Assembly (NCBI RefSeq): GCF_002243425.1
Contig: NZ_CP021172.1
Span: 90,001-122,000 of the forward strand
Origin: Candidatus Saccharimonadota bacterium
GTDB taxonomy: Bacteria; Bacteroidota; Bacteroidia; Flavobacteriales; Blattabacteriaceae
Direction: 5' to 3'
DNA: 32,000 nucleotides
The position numbers and the translations under genes were made by a program. Shown piece by piece: positions 16,454 to 24,742 of this stretch (positions are counted from its first letter, which is position 1; each line of letters starts with the position of its first letter). Under the pieces are notes generated by a model. It did not search any database and had not been told where the DNA came from. It worked only from the letters and a program-made list of their open reading frames with translations.

Positions 16454-18252
16454 TATTTATTTTCAATATGTTTTATATATGTATCCATATCTTTATCACC
16501 TCTCCCAGACAGATTTATGATTACCAAATCATTTTTTTTAAATGAAAGTTTTTTTAAACTAGCTATGGCATGAGCACTTTCTAATGCTGGTATTATTCCT
16601 TCTAAAGAAGATAGTTCAATTCCAGCTTCTATAGCCTCAAAATCTGTAACACTTATAAAAGTAGCACGGTTTTTATAAAATAAATTTGCATGCATAGGAC
16701 CTATACCTGGATAATCAAGTCCAGCAGATATAGAATAAGGTTCCAATATTTGTCCATATTGATCTTGCATAAGTATAGTCATACTTCCATGTAATACCCC
16801 TCTAGAGCCTTTTTGTATTGTTGCTGCTGTTTTATTAGTATTTAATCCTAATCCTGATGCTTCTACTCCTATTAACTTAACATATTCATCATCTAAAAAA
16901 TGATAAAATATACCTGCAGCATTACTTCCCCCCCCTAAACAAGCAATTATATAGTTAGGTAGTATACCTGATTCTTTTTCTTTTAATTGTTCTTTTATTT
17001 CTTCACTAATAATTGATTGAAAGTAAGATACCATTCTAGGATATGGATCTGGCCCCACTGCTGACCCTATCATATAATAACAATCTGGATTATTAATCCA
17101 ATATCTAATAGCTTCATTTACTGAATCTTTTAATGTTTTGCTGCCACTATTAACAGTTATTATGTTAGCCCCTAACATTTTCATCCTATATACATTTTGT
17201 ATTTGTCGTTTGATATCTACTTCTCCCATAAAGATAGTACATTTTAATCCTAATAAAGAACAAATAGTGGAAGTAGCCACACCATGTTGACCTGCACCTG
17301 TTTCTGAAATAATATTTTTTTTTCCAATTTCTTTAGCTAATAACGCTTGACCAATTGTATTATTTATTTTATGAGATCCAGTATGATTTAAATCTTCTCT
17401 TTTTAAATAGATTTTAGCTCCATATATTTTAGATAAATTATTACAATAAAACAAAGGAGACGGTCTTCCTACATAATTATGTAATAATATTTTTAGTTTT
17501 TTTTTAAAACAATTATTGTTTATAATTTTATTATATTCATTTTTTAAATTATTTATATTATTATATAACATTTCAGGTATATATGCACCTCCAAAATTTC
17601 CATAAAATCCATGATAATCTGATAAATATTTATATTTTATTCTAGAAATGAATTTTTTCAACAAATTAAAATTTTTTAATCCAGGTTTGTTTTCAAAACA
17701 ACTATTTAAATCTATTCCTAATAAATTGGGTATATTTAAATTATTGATTTTATCAAAATCATTTGAATTTATACCTCCACTTAAAATAAATGGTACTTTA
17801 AAGTTATAATTATAAATTTTTTCCCAAAAAAATTTTTTTCCACTACCTCCATAGATTTTTGATTTAAAGTCAAATAAAAAATATTTTACATGATCTATAT
17901 ATTCTTTGATTTTTTCGAAATCAAAATTATTATCTATTCCAAAAGATTTAATTATTTTAATTCCCTTTTTATAAATATTCCTACAATAATAAGGACTTTC
18001 GTATCCATGTAATTGTACAAAATCTAAATTATTTTTTATACTTAATTTTAATAATTTATCTTCTTTTTCATTTACAAAAACACCAACTTTTGAAATACCA
18101 ATTGTGTCAGGAGCTAAAAAATTATCTCCTACAAATCTAGGAGATTTTTCAAAAAAAATGAATCCTATAAAATCAGGGTATAAATCAATTATCGATGATA
18201 TATTATTATAGTATTTTAATCCACATATTTTTATTTTTCTTTTTTTAAACAT
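16453..18252 (-). CDS. trpB: Fusion protein: phosphoribosylanthranilate isomerase (TrpF, aa ~1-205) plus tryptophan synthase beta subunit (TrpB, aa ~210-599)
   Basis: One 599-aa ORF. The N-terminal part has TrpF signatures (KICGLK, FIGFIFFEKSPRFV, ILSGGIN). The C-terminal part has TrpB signatures (GNFGGAYIPE, PLP-lysine motif LNHTGSHKINN, GAGQHGVA, GGGSNAAG, SAGLDYPGIGP). The junction lies around nt 17625-17645. Confidence 0.9.
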   Translation of the reverse strand: MFKKRKIKICGLKYYNNISSIIDLYPDFIGFIFFEKSPRFVGDNFLAPDTIGISKVGVFVNEKEDKLLKLSIKNNLDFVQLHGYESPYYCRNIYKKGIKIIKSFGIDNNFDFEKIKEYIDHVKYFLFDFKSKIYGGSGKKFFWEKIYNYNFKVPFILSGGINSNDFDKINNLNIPNLLGIDLNSCFENKPGLKNFNLLKKFISRIKYKYLSDYHGFYGNFGGAYIPEMLYNNINNLKNEYNKIINNNCFKKKLKILLHNYVGRPSPLFYCNNLSKIYGAKIYLKREDLNHTGSHKINNTIGQALLAKEIGKKNIISETGAGQHGVATSTICSLLGLKCTIFMGEVDIKRQIQNVYRMKMLGANIITVNSGSKTLKDSVNEAIRYWINNPDCYYMIGSAVGPDPYPRMVSYFQSIISEEIKEQLKEKESGILPNYIIACLGGGSNAAGIFYHFLDDEYVKLIGVEASGLGLNTNKTAATIQKGSRGVLHGSMTILMQDQYGQILEPYSISAGLDYPGIGPMHANLFYKNRATFISVTDFEAIEAGIELSSLEGIIPALESAHAIASLKKLSFKKNDLVIINLSGRGDKDMDTYIKHIENK

Positions 18253-19030
18253 AAAAAATTTTTTTTATAAAATTTTTACAGTAATCACCTGGATTAAAGG
18301 ATGACATAAATTTTTCTCCTATTAAAAAACCATTAAATCCTAAATTATATAAATAAATTATATTTTCTATATTAGAAATTCCACTTTCAGTGATAATATT
18401 AAATTTTTTAGGTATTAATGAATATAATTTTTTAGAAATATTAATATCTACATTAAATGTAGATAAATCTCTATTATTTATTCCTAATATATCTATATCA
18501 TAAGATATTTTTGAGATATCTTTTTTATCATGTAATTCTAATATGACTTCTAAACCTAAGCTTTTAGCTAAAGTAGATAAAAATTTAATTTTTTTTTTAT
18601 CTAAAATTTTAGCTATTAATAATATGGCATCTGCGCCTATAGCTTTTGAATGAATAATTTGATGTTCATCAATTAGAAAATCTTTTCTTAAGATTGGAAT
18701 AAATATATTTTTACGGATTTTTGAGAAATCTTTACTACTTCCTAAAAAAAATTTGTTATCAGTAAGTATAGATATTCCAATAGATCCTGCTTCTTGATAT
18801 TCTTTACAGATTTTTTCTAAAATAATATTTTTATTGTTAAAATTTTTAGATGGAGATTTTCTTTTAAATTCTGAAATAATTCCAATATTATTATATTTAA
18901 TTCTTTCTTTTAAAGAAAGACATTTTCTTTTAAAGATTTTTTTTTTTTCAAGTGATTGAATACTATATTTTTTTATATCTCTTATTATTTCTTTTTTTTT
19001 TATTTCTATAATTTTTTTTATAAAATTCAT
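18245..19030 (-). CDS. trpC: Indole-3-glycerol-phosphate synthase
   Basis: Motifs IISEFKRKSPS, ILRKDFLIDEHQI, GADAILLI, INNRDL and ESGI. 261 aa. Its 3' end overlaps the trpF::trpB start by 8 nt. Confidence 0.92.
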   Translation of the reverse strand: MNFIKKIIEIKKKEIIRDIKKYSIQSLEKKKIFKRKCLSLKERIKYNNIGIISEFKRKSPSKNFNNKNIILEKICKEYQEAGSIGISILTDNKFFLGSSKDFSKIRKNIFIPILRKDFLIDEHQIIHSKAIGADAILLIAKILDKKKIKFLSTLAKSLGLEVILELHDKKDISKISYDIDILGINNRDLSTFNVDINISKKLYSLIPKKFNIITESGISNIENIIYLYNLGFNGFLIGEKFMSSFNPGDYCKNFIKKIFYV

Positions 19031-20016
19031 TATGTTTCTAAAAATTTTTTTAAGATTTTCTTTACTTTACCACTTTTTAAGGCTTCTTGTGCTTTATAAT
19101 AATTAGTTGTAATACTACATTCATTTAATATGCTAAGTGCAAAAGAAGCATTAATTGAAACAACATCATTTTGATATACAGTTCCATTACCAGATATTAT
19201 ATCTAAAAAGATACGTGTATTTTCTATATTATTTTTCCCTCCCTTTAGTTCTAAAGGATTAATTTTTTTTATACCAAAATCTTCTGGAGAAAATATATGT
19301 TCCCCTTGGTTATCATAACATTTTAAATCAGATGTTAAAGAAATTTCATCATATCCATCTAAACTATGGACTATTGAATAATTTTTATCAGTTTCTTGAT
19401 ATAAATAATAGTATAGTCTAGCTAATTCTAAATCACTTACACCCAGTAACTGATTTTTTGTATTACTGGTATTTAATAATGGGCCTAACATATTAAAAAA
19501 TGTTTTTATACCAAGGTTTTTTCTAACATCTGTCACTTTTTTAAGTGTTGGATGAAACAAATGAGAATGTAAATAACAAATACCTACTTTTTCTAATTGT
19601 TTTTTTAATTTTTCTTCTTTAGAAGTAAACTTATATTGTAAGATTTCAAATATATTAGAAGATCCTGTTACAGATGATGAACTATAACTACCATGTTTAA
19701 TTACTTTTTCTCCTAAGCTTGCTACTATAAAACATGATAAAGTTGAAATATTGAAAGTATTTTTATTATCTCCACCAGTTCCTACTATATCTATAGCATT
19801 ATATTCTTTTAAATTTAATTTAATAGATAATTCAATTAAAGCTTGACTAAAACCTTTTATTTCATCTAATGTAGGAAATCTCATATTATATATTGCAGAT
19901 ATAGCAGCTATTTGATTATGATTAAATTTATCTTGATATAAAGATATCAAAACATTTTGAGCATCTTCTTTACTAAGAGTTTTATGCTCAAATAAATAAT
20001 TCAATATATCTTTCAT
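19030..20016 (-). CDS. trpD: Anthranilate phosphoribosyltransferase
   Basis: Motifs DIVGTGGDNKNTFNIST, KHGSYSSSS and FNMLGPLLN. The ORF track starts at 20028 (MVKKMKD...). The second Met, at 20016, gives the typical N-terminus MKDILNYL... and an ATGA overlap with the trpG stop, the junction type recurrent in this window. Either start is possible. Confidence 0.9.
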   Translation of the reverse strand: MKDILNYLFEHKTLSKEDAQNVLISLYQDKFNHNQIAAISAIYNMRFPTLDEIKGFSQALIELSIKLNLKEYNAIDIVGTGGDNKNTFNISTLSCFIVASLGEKVIKHGSYSSSSVTGSSNIFEILQYKFTSKEEKLKKQLEKVGICYLHSHLFHPTLKKVTDVRKNLGIKTFFNMLGPLLNTSNTKNQLLGVSDLELARLYYYLYQETDKNYSIVHSLDGYDEISLTSDLKCYDNQGEHIFSPEDFGIKKINPLELKGGKNNIENTRIFLDIISGNGTVYQNDVVSINASFALSILNECSITTNYYKAQEALKSGKVKKILKKFLET

Positions 20017-20585
20017 TTTTTTAACCAATTTTCTATTATTTTAAAACCATATGGGGTTAAAATTGATTCAGGATGAAATTGAACTCCACTAACATCATAG
20101 TTTTTATGACGTATAGCCATTATTTCTTTTTCTGAACCTAAAGCAGTTATTTTTAAATCTGATGGAAACATATCTTGTGATATTACCCAAGAATGATAAC
20201 GTCCAACTTTTATTTTTTTAGGTATTTTATTAAATAAAATTTCTTTATCATCTATAATTTCTATTAAACTGGAAACTCCATGATATATTCTTTTAGAATT
20301 TATTAATTTTCCACCAAAAACTTCAGCTATTGCTTGTTGACCTAAACACACACCAAAAATACTTTTACTATTCGCGTATCTTTTTATAAGAGGTTTAAGA
20401 ATATTAGCTTCATCTGGGATACCTGGCCCAGGAGATAAAATAATTTTATTAAAATTTTCAATTTTCTTTAAATTGATTTTATCATTTCTGTAAACTTCTA
20501 CTTTTGCATCAGTTATTTTTTTTACAATATGTACAATATTATATGTAAAAGAATCATAATTATCTAATACTAATATTTTTTTCAT
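20013..20585 (-). CDS. trpG: Anthranilate synthase component II (glutamine amidotransferase)
   Basis: Motifs ILVLDNYDSFTYN, GVCLGQQAI and GVQFHPES. 190 aa. Confidence 0.93.
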   Translation of the reverse strand: MKKILVLDNYDSFTYNIVHIVKKITDAKVEVYRNDKINLKKIENFNKIILSPGPGIPDEANILKPLIKRYANSKSIFGVCLGQQAIAEVFGGKLINSKRIYHGVSSLIEIIDDKEILFNKIPKKIKVGRYHSWVISQDMFPSDLKITALGSEKEIMAIRHKNYDVSGVQFHPESILTPYGFKIIENWLKK

Positions 20586-20586
20586 T

Positions 20587-22002
20587 TTACTTAAAAAGAT
20601 TTTTTGCCAATTCTATAGCATTGTTTAATGCCATAAGTTTATTATTAACTTCTTCTAATTCTTTATCTGCTTTAGAGCCATAAACTATTCCTGCTCCAGC
20701 TTGAAAAAAAAGAATATTATTTTTACTTATAAAAGATCTTATAATTATAGCAGTATTTAGATTACCATCTAATCCAAAAAATCCTATTGCTCCACCATAT
20801 ATCCCCCTATTTATTTTTTCAATATTATCTATTAATTTCATAGCTTTATATTTTGGTGCACCTGAAAGAGTTCCAGCAGGAAAAGTATCACCAAATACTT
20901 TTATTAAAGATATTTTTTTTTTAAAAATACAAGAAACTTTTGATACCATATGCAAGACATGGGAAAAATATTGAACTTCTTTATAATTATCAACAATAAC
21001 ATTTATAGAATTTTTACTTAAATCATTTCTTGCTAAATCTACTAACATTACATGTTCAGCATTTTCTTTAGGATCTTTAATCAATTTTTGAGCTAATTTT
21101 TTATCTTTTTCATCATTACCTGATCTTTTAATTGTTCCAGCTATTGGATTAATATAGGCTTTATTATTTTTAACTAGAATTTGAGATTCTGGAGAAGATC
21201 CTAAAAGTTTATAATCTCCATAATCAAAATAAAATAAATAAGGAGATGGATTTATCGATCTTAAAGCTCTATAAACATTAAATTCATCACCTTTAAATTT
21301 TTGTTTGAATTGTCTAGAAATTACAATTTGAAAAACATCTCCTTTTAGACAAGCTTTTCTTCCAGAAGAAACCATTTTTTTATATTCATTATCTGTTATA
21401 TTAGAGTATTTTTTTCCTATAGTCTTAAAAGTAAAATAAGAATAATTTTTATTATATACTAAATCAATAATTAGATTTATTGATGTATCATTTTTTTCAT
21501 AAAATTTATGTTCTACTATATACAGTTCATTATAAAAATGTTTAAAAATAATTAAATTTGCATAAAATCCAAATCTGATTTTAGGTACATCATATGATTT
21601 ATTTATAAATGAATTTAATTTTATATTTTCAAAAAATTGTACACTATCATAAGATGTATACCCATAAAAACCAGAATAAGGACTACAATTATTTTTGCTA
21701 TAAAATTTTTGAATAAAATTATCCAAATAAAACTGTATAGAAGTAGGAGAAGTACTATCTATAGATAGATTAGATTTTTTATTATCTGGATATAATATTT
21801 TAATTTTATTATTATGAATTCTAATTTCAGATATTAAATTAATACAAATTATAGAAGAATGATTTTTAGTAGTTTGATAATCAGAAGATTCTAATAATAA
21901 TAAGTTAGAAAATTTATCTCTTAATTTTAAATATAGCTCTACAGGCGTAAAAATATCTGCTAATAATTTCTTTTGAATAGTTTTAAAACTAAATTTATAC
22001 AT
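20587..22002 (-). CDS. trpE: Anthranilate synthase component I
   Basis: Motifs FTPVELYLKLR, LLESS, NPSPYLFY, EHVMLVDLARND, FPAGTLSGAPK and GGAIG. 471 aa. Its stop lies 1 nt before the trpG start. Confidence 0.93.
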   Translation of the reverse strand: MYKFSFKTIQKKLLADIFTPVELYLKLRDKFSNLLLLESSDYQTTKNHSSIICINLISEIRIHNNKIKILYPDNKKSNLSIDSTSPTSIQFYLDNFIQKFYSKNNCSPYSGFYGYTSYDSVQFFENIKLNSFINKSYDVPKIRFGFYANLIIFKHFYNELYIVEHKFYEKNDTSINLIIDLVYNKNYSYFTFKTIGKKYSNITDNEYKKMVSSGRKACLKGDVFQIVISRQFKQKFKGDEFNVYRALRSINPSPYLFYFDYGDYKLLGSSPESQILVKNNKAYINPIAGTIKRSGNDEKDKKLAQKLIKDPKENAEHVMLVDLARNDLSKNSINVIVDNYKEVQYFSHVLHMVSKVSCIFKKKISLIKVFGDTFPAGTLSGAPKYKAMKLIDNIEKINRGIYGGAIGFFGLDGNLNTAIIIRSFISKNNILFFQAGAGIVYGSKADKELEEVNNKLMALNNAIELAKNLFK

Positions 22003-22060
22003 GTAATATATTGTTATTATATGTTTTAAGAGATTTTTTTTTAAAAAAATATCACTTTAT

Positions 22061-23209
22061 ATGAAAAAAGTATATTTTGATAATGCAGCAACTACTCCTT
22101 TGAGGAAACAAGTTATTAACTATATGATTTCTTCTTTAAAAGAATCATTGGGAAATCCATCTTCTATTCATAGTTTGGGTATAAAAACTAGGTCTATTCT
22201 TGAATATTCAAGAATAAATATAGCAAATCTATTAAATGCAGATCCATCTGAAATTATTTTTACTTCTTCTGGTACAGAAGCTAATAATCTTATATTACGT
22301 AGTTGTATAAACGATTTAAATATCAAGTATATTATTACTTCAAAAATTGAACATAAATCAATTTTAGAAACTTTAAATGACTTATATATAAAATATGGTG
22401 TTGTAATTGATTTTGTTAAATTAAACAATAATGGGATTATAGATCTAAATGATCTAGAGAAAAAATTAAAAAAGAATAATAATTCACCTATTTTAGTAAG
22501 CCTAATGTATGTTAATAATGAAATTGGAAATATATTGGATATATATTCTGTATGTAACATTTGTAAAAAATATAAAGCTTATTTTCATTCAGATACTATT
22601 CAAGCTATTGGACATTATTATTTAGATATGAAAAAATTAAATATTGATTTTGCTTGTGGGAGTGCACACAAATTCAATGGTCCTATGGGTATAGGTTTTG
22701 CTTTTATAAGAAAAGGATTAAATATTAAAGCAATTATTACTGGAGGTTTTCAAGAACGAGAGGTCAGGGCAGGGACAGAAAATATTTATGGTATATTAGG
22801 AATGTCTAAAGCTATTGAAATAGCTAATATTAATCTTAAAAAAGAAAAAAAAGATATAGAAAATATTAAAAAATATTGTATTAAACAACTTAAAAAATCA
22901 ATACCAGGAATTAGATTTAATGGATTATCATATTCTATTATTAAAAGTATATATACTATTTTAAATATTGCTATTCCTAAAAAAGATAATATGATATCTT
23001 TTAATTTAGATTTAAAGGGTGTAATTGTATCTCAAGGTAGTGCCTGTAATTCATATAAAGTATCTCATGTAATTAAAATTTTATTTAATAATAAAAAAAT
23101 TAATAAATTCTCCTTTATCAGAATATCATTCGGATTTTTGAATAAAAAAAAAGAGATTGATATTTTAATTTCATGTCTAAAAGACATTTATAATCTTAGT
23201 AAGATTTAG
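22061..23209 (+). CDS. Cysteine desulfurase (NifS/IscS-like class V aminotransferase)
   Basis: Motifs VYFDNAATTP, FTSSGTEANN, the PLP-lysine context SAHKFNGPMGIG, and the active-site Cys context SQGSACNS. 382 aa. Confidence 0.85.
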   Translation: MKKVYFDNAATTPLRKQVINYMISSLKESLGNPSSIHSLGIKTRSILEYSRINIANLLNADPSEIIFTSSGTEANNLILRSCINDLNIKYIITSKIEHKSILETLNDLYIKYGVVIDFVKLNNNGIIDLNDLEKKLKKNNNSPILVSLMYVNNEIGNILDIYSVCNICKKYKAYFHSDTIQAIGHYYLDMKKLNIDFACGSAHKFNGPMGIGFAFIRKGLNIKAIITGGFQEREVRAGTENIYGILGMSKAIEIANINLKKEKKDIENIKKYCIKQLKKSIPGIRFNGLSYSIIKSIYTILNIAIPKKDNMISFNLDLKGVIVSQGSACNSYKVSHVIKILFNNKKINKFSFIRISFGFLNKKKEIDILISCLKDIYNLSKI

Positions 23210-24665
23210 CAAATATTACACGTTGTGTAGATTTTTTTTTTGTAAAAATACATTTACCAATATTTGTTTTAAAATTTATTGGAATACAACGTATTGTAGC
23301 ATTTGTTTCAATTTTGATTTTTTTTTCTGTTTCAGACGTTCCATCCCAATGAGCAAATATAAATCCACTATTTTTTTTTATTTTTTCTTTAAATTCTTCA
23401 TAAGAATCTACTTCTATTAAAAAGTTTTTTTTTCTTTTAAGAGCTGTTTTCAAAATGTTATCTTGAATTTTTGATAAAATTTTGGGAATTAAAAATTCTA
23501 ATTTATTAATTATAATATCTTTTTTTTCAAGTGTATCCCTTCTTACCACTTCTACAGTTCCTCTATCTATATCTTTTTTACCTATAGTTATCCTTATAGG
23601 AATACCTTTTATTTCATATTCATTAAATTTCCATCCTGGAGTATAATAAGTTCTTTTATCATATTTTATACTTATACCTCTTTTTTCAAGAGATTCTTTT
23701 AATGGAAGAACAAGTTTTTCTATTAAATTAAGTTGTTCTTGAGTTTTATAAACTGGAATAATTACTATTTGTAGAGGAGCAATTTTAGGTGGTAATATTA
23801 GACCATTATCATCTGAATGTGTCATAATAATAGCGCCAATTAATCTTGTTGATATTCCCCAAGATGTACCCCATACGTATTCTTTATTTCCTTTTTCTGT
23901 GGTATATCTAACATCAAAAGCTTTTGAAAAATTTTTACCTAAAAAATGAGATGTAGCAATTTGTAAAGATTTACCATCTTGCATAATAGATTCTATACAA
24001 TATGTTTCTTCTGCTCCAGCAAATTTTTCACTATATGTTTTTATTCCTTGTATAACAGGAATAGCAATAAAATTTTCTAAAAAATTTGTATATATATTTA
24101 TAATTTTTTTAGCTTGATTTATTGCTTCTTTTTTTGTAGAATGAGCAGTATGTCCTTCTTGCCATAAGAATTCAGATGTTCTTAAAAACAACCTGGTACG
24201 CCGTTCCCAACGTATTATATTAGTCCATTGATTAAAACGTATTGGAAGATCTCTATAAGAGTTAATCCAACGTTTATAAGAATTCCATATTATGGTTTCA
24301 GATGTAGGTCTCACAATAAGTTCATCTTCAAGTTTAGAATTTTTATCTACTATTATATTTTTATTATTAAAATTTTTTAATCTATAATGAGTTATTACTG
24401 CACATTCTTTTGCAAATCCTTTAATATGATTATATTCTTTTGAGAAATATGATTTTGGAATAAGTAAAGGAAAGTAAACATTTTTATGTCCTGTAGATTT
24501 TAAAATATTATCTAAGATAAACTTAATTTTTTCCCATATAGAAAATCCATATGGTTTTATTACCATTAATCCCCGTACATCTGATTTGTCTGCAATATTT
24601 GCTTTTAAAATAATTTCATTATACCATTTAGAATAATTTTCATTACGTTTAGTAAGTTTTTTCAT
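23196..24665 (-). CDS. proS: Prolyl-tRNA synthetase (short class II form without an insertion editing domain)
   Basis: N-terminal motifs YSKWYNEII and GLMVIKPYG. Class II motifs RPTSET, FNQWTNIIRWE..RLFLRTSEFLWQEGHT and GTSWG. The C-terminus ends in ...AKSY, typical of this ProRS type. 489 aa. Confidence 0.92.
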   Translation of the reverse strand: MKKLTKRNENYSKWYNEIILKANIADKSDVRGLMVIKPYGFSIWEKIKFILDNILKSTGHKNVYFPLLIPKSYFSKEYNHIKGFAKECAVITHYRLKNFNNKNIIVDKNSKLEDELIVRPTSETIIWNSYKRWINSYRDLPIRFNQWTNIIRWERRTRLFLRTSEFLWQEGHTAHSTKKEAINQAKKIINIYTNFLENFIAIPVIQGIKTYSEKFAGAEETYCIESIMQDGKSLQIATSHFLGKNFSKAFDVRYTTEKGNKEYVWGTSWGISTRLIGAIIMTHSDDNGLILPPKIAPLQIVIIPVYKTQEQLNLIEKLVLPLKESLEKRGISIKYDKRTYYTPGWKFNEYEIKGIPIRITIGKKDIDRGTVEVVRRDTLEKKDIIINKLEFLIPKILSKIQDNILKTALKRKKNFLIEVDSYEEFKEKIKKNSGFIFAHWDGTSETEKKIKIETNATIRCIPINFKTNIGKCIFTKKKSTQRVIFAKSY

Positions 24666-24742
24666 ATTTATTAAATAAATTTATTTATAAGTTTTATATT
24701 TATTTTAAATGATTACGATAAATAAAATTGTAAAATTTGCAT

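Noticed and set aside
22168-22560. 130-aa minus-strand ORF antisense to the cysteine desulfurase gene
   Set aside because: A shadow ORF inside a confidently identified CDS, with no motifs. Same reasoning as for 6379-6729.
23223-23420. 65-aa plus-strand ORF antisense to the proS 3' region
   Set aside because: A shadow ORF with an F/C-rich nonsense composition, inside the conserved ProRS C-terminal domain.
24737-24742. TTG start for lon proposed by the ORF track
   Set aside because: An ATG follows two codons later (24743). There is nothing to prefer the TTG, and the difference is immaterial to function.
24666-24742. Possible Bacteroidetes-type promoter motifs (TAnnTTTG-like strings taaaattg and taaaatttg at about 24723-24739) in the proS/lon divergent region
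   Set aside because: Neither string matches the consensus spacing exactly, and both sit within a few nt of the lon start codon. In DNA this AT-rich such near-matches are expected by chance, so I do not call a promoter here or in the other short intergenic regions (22003-22060, 13928-13983).
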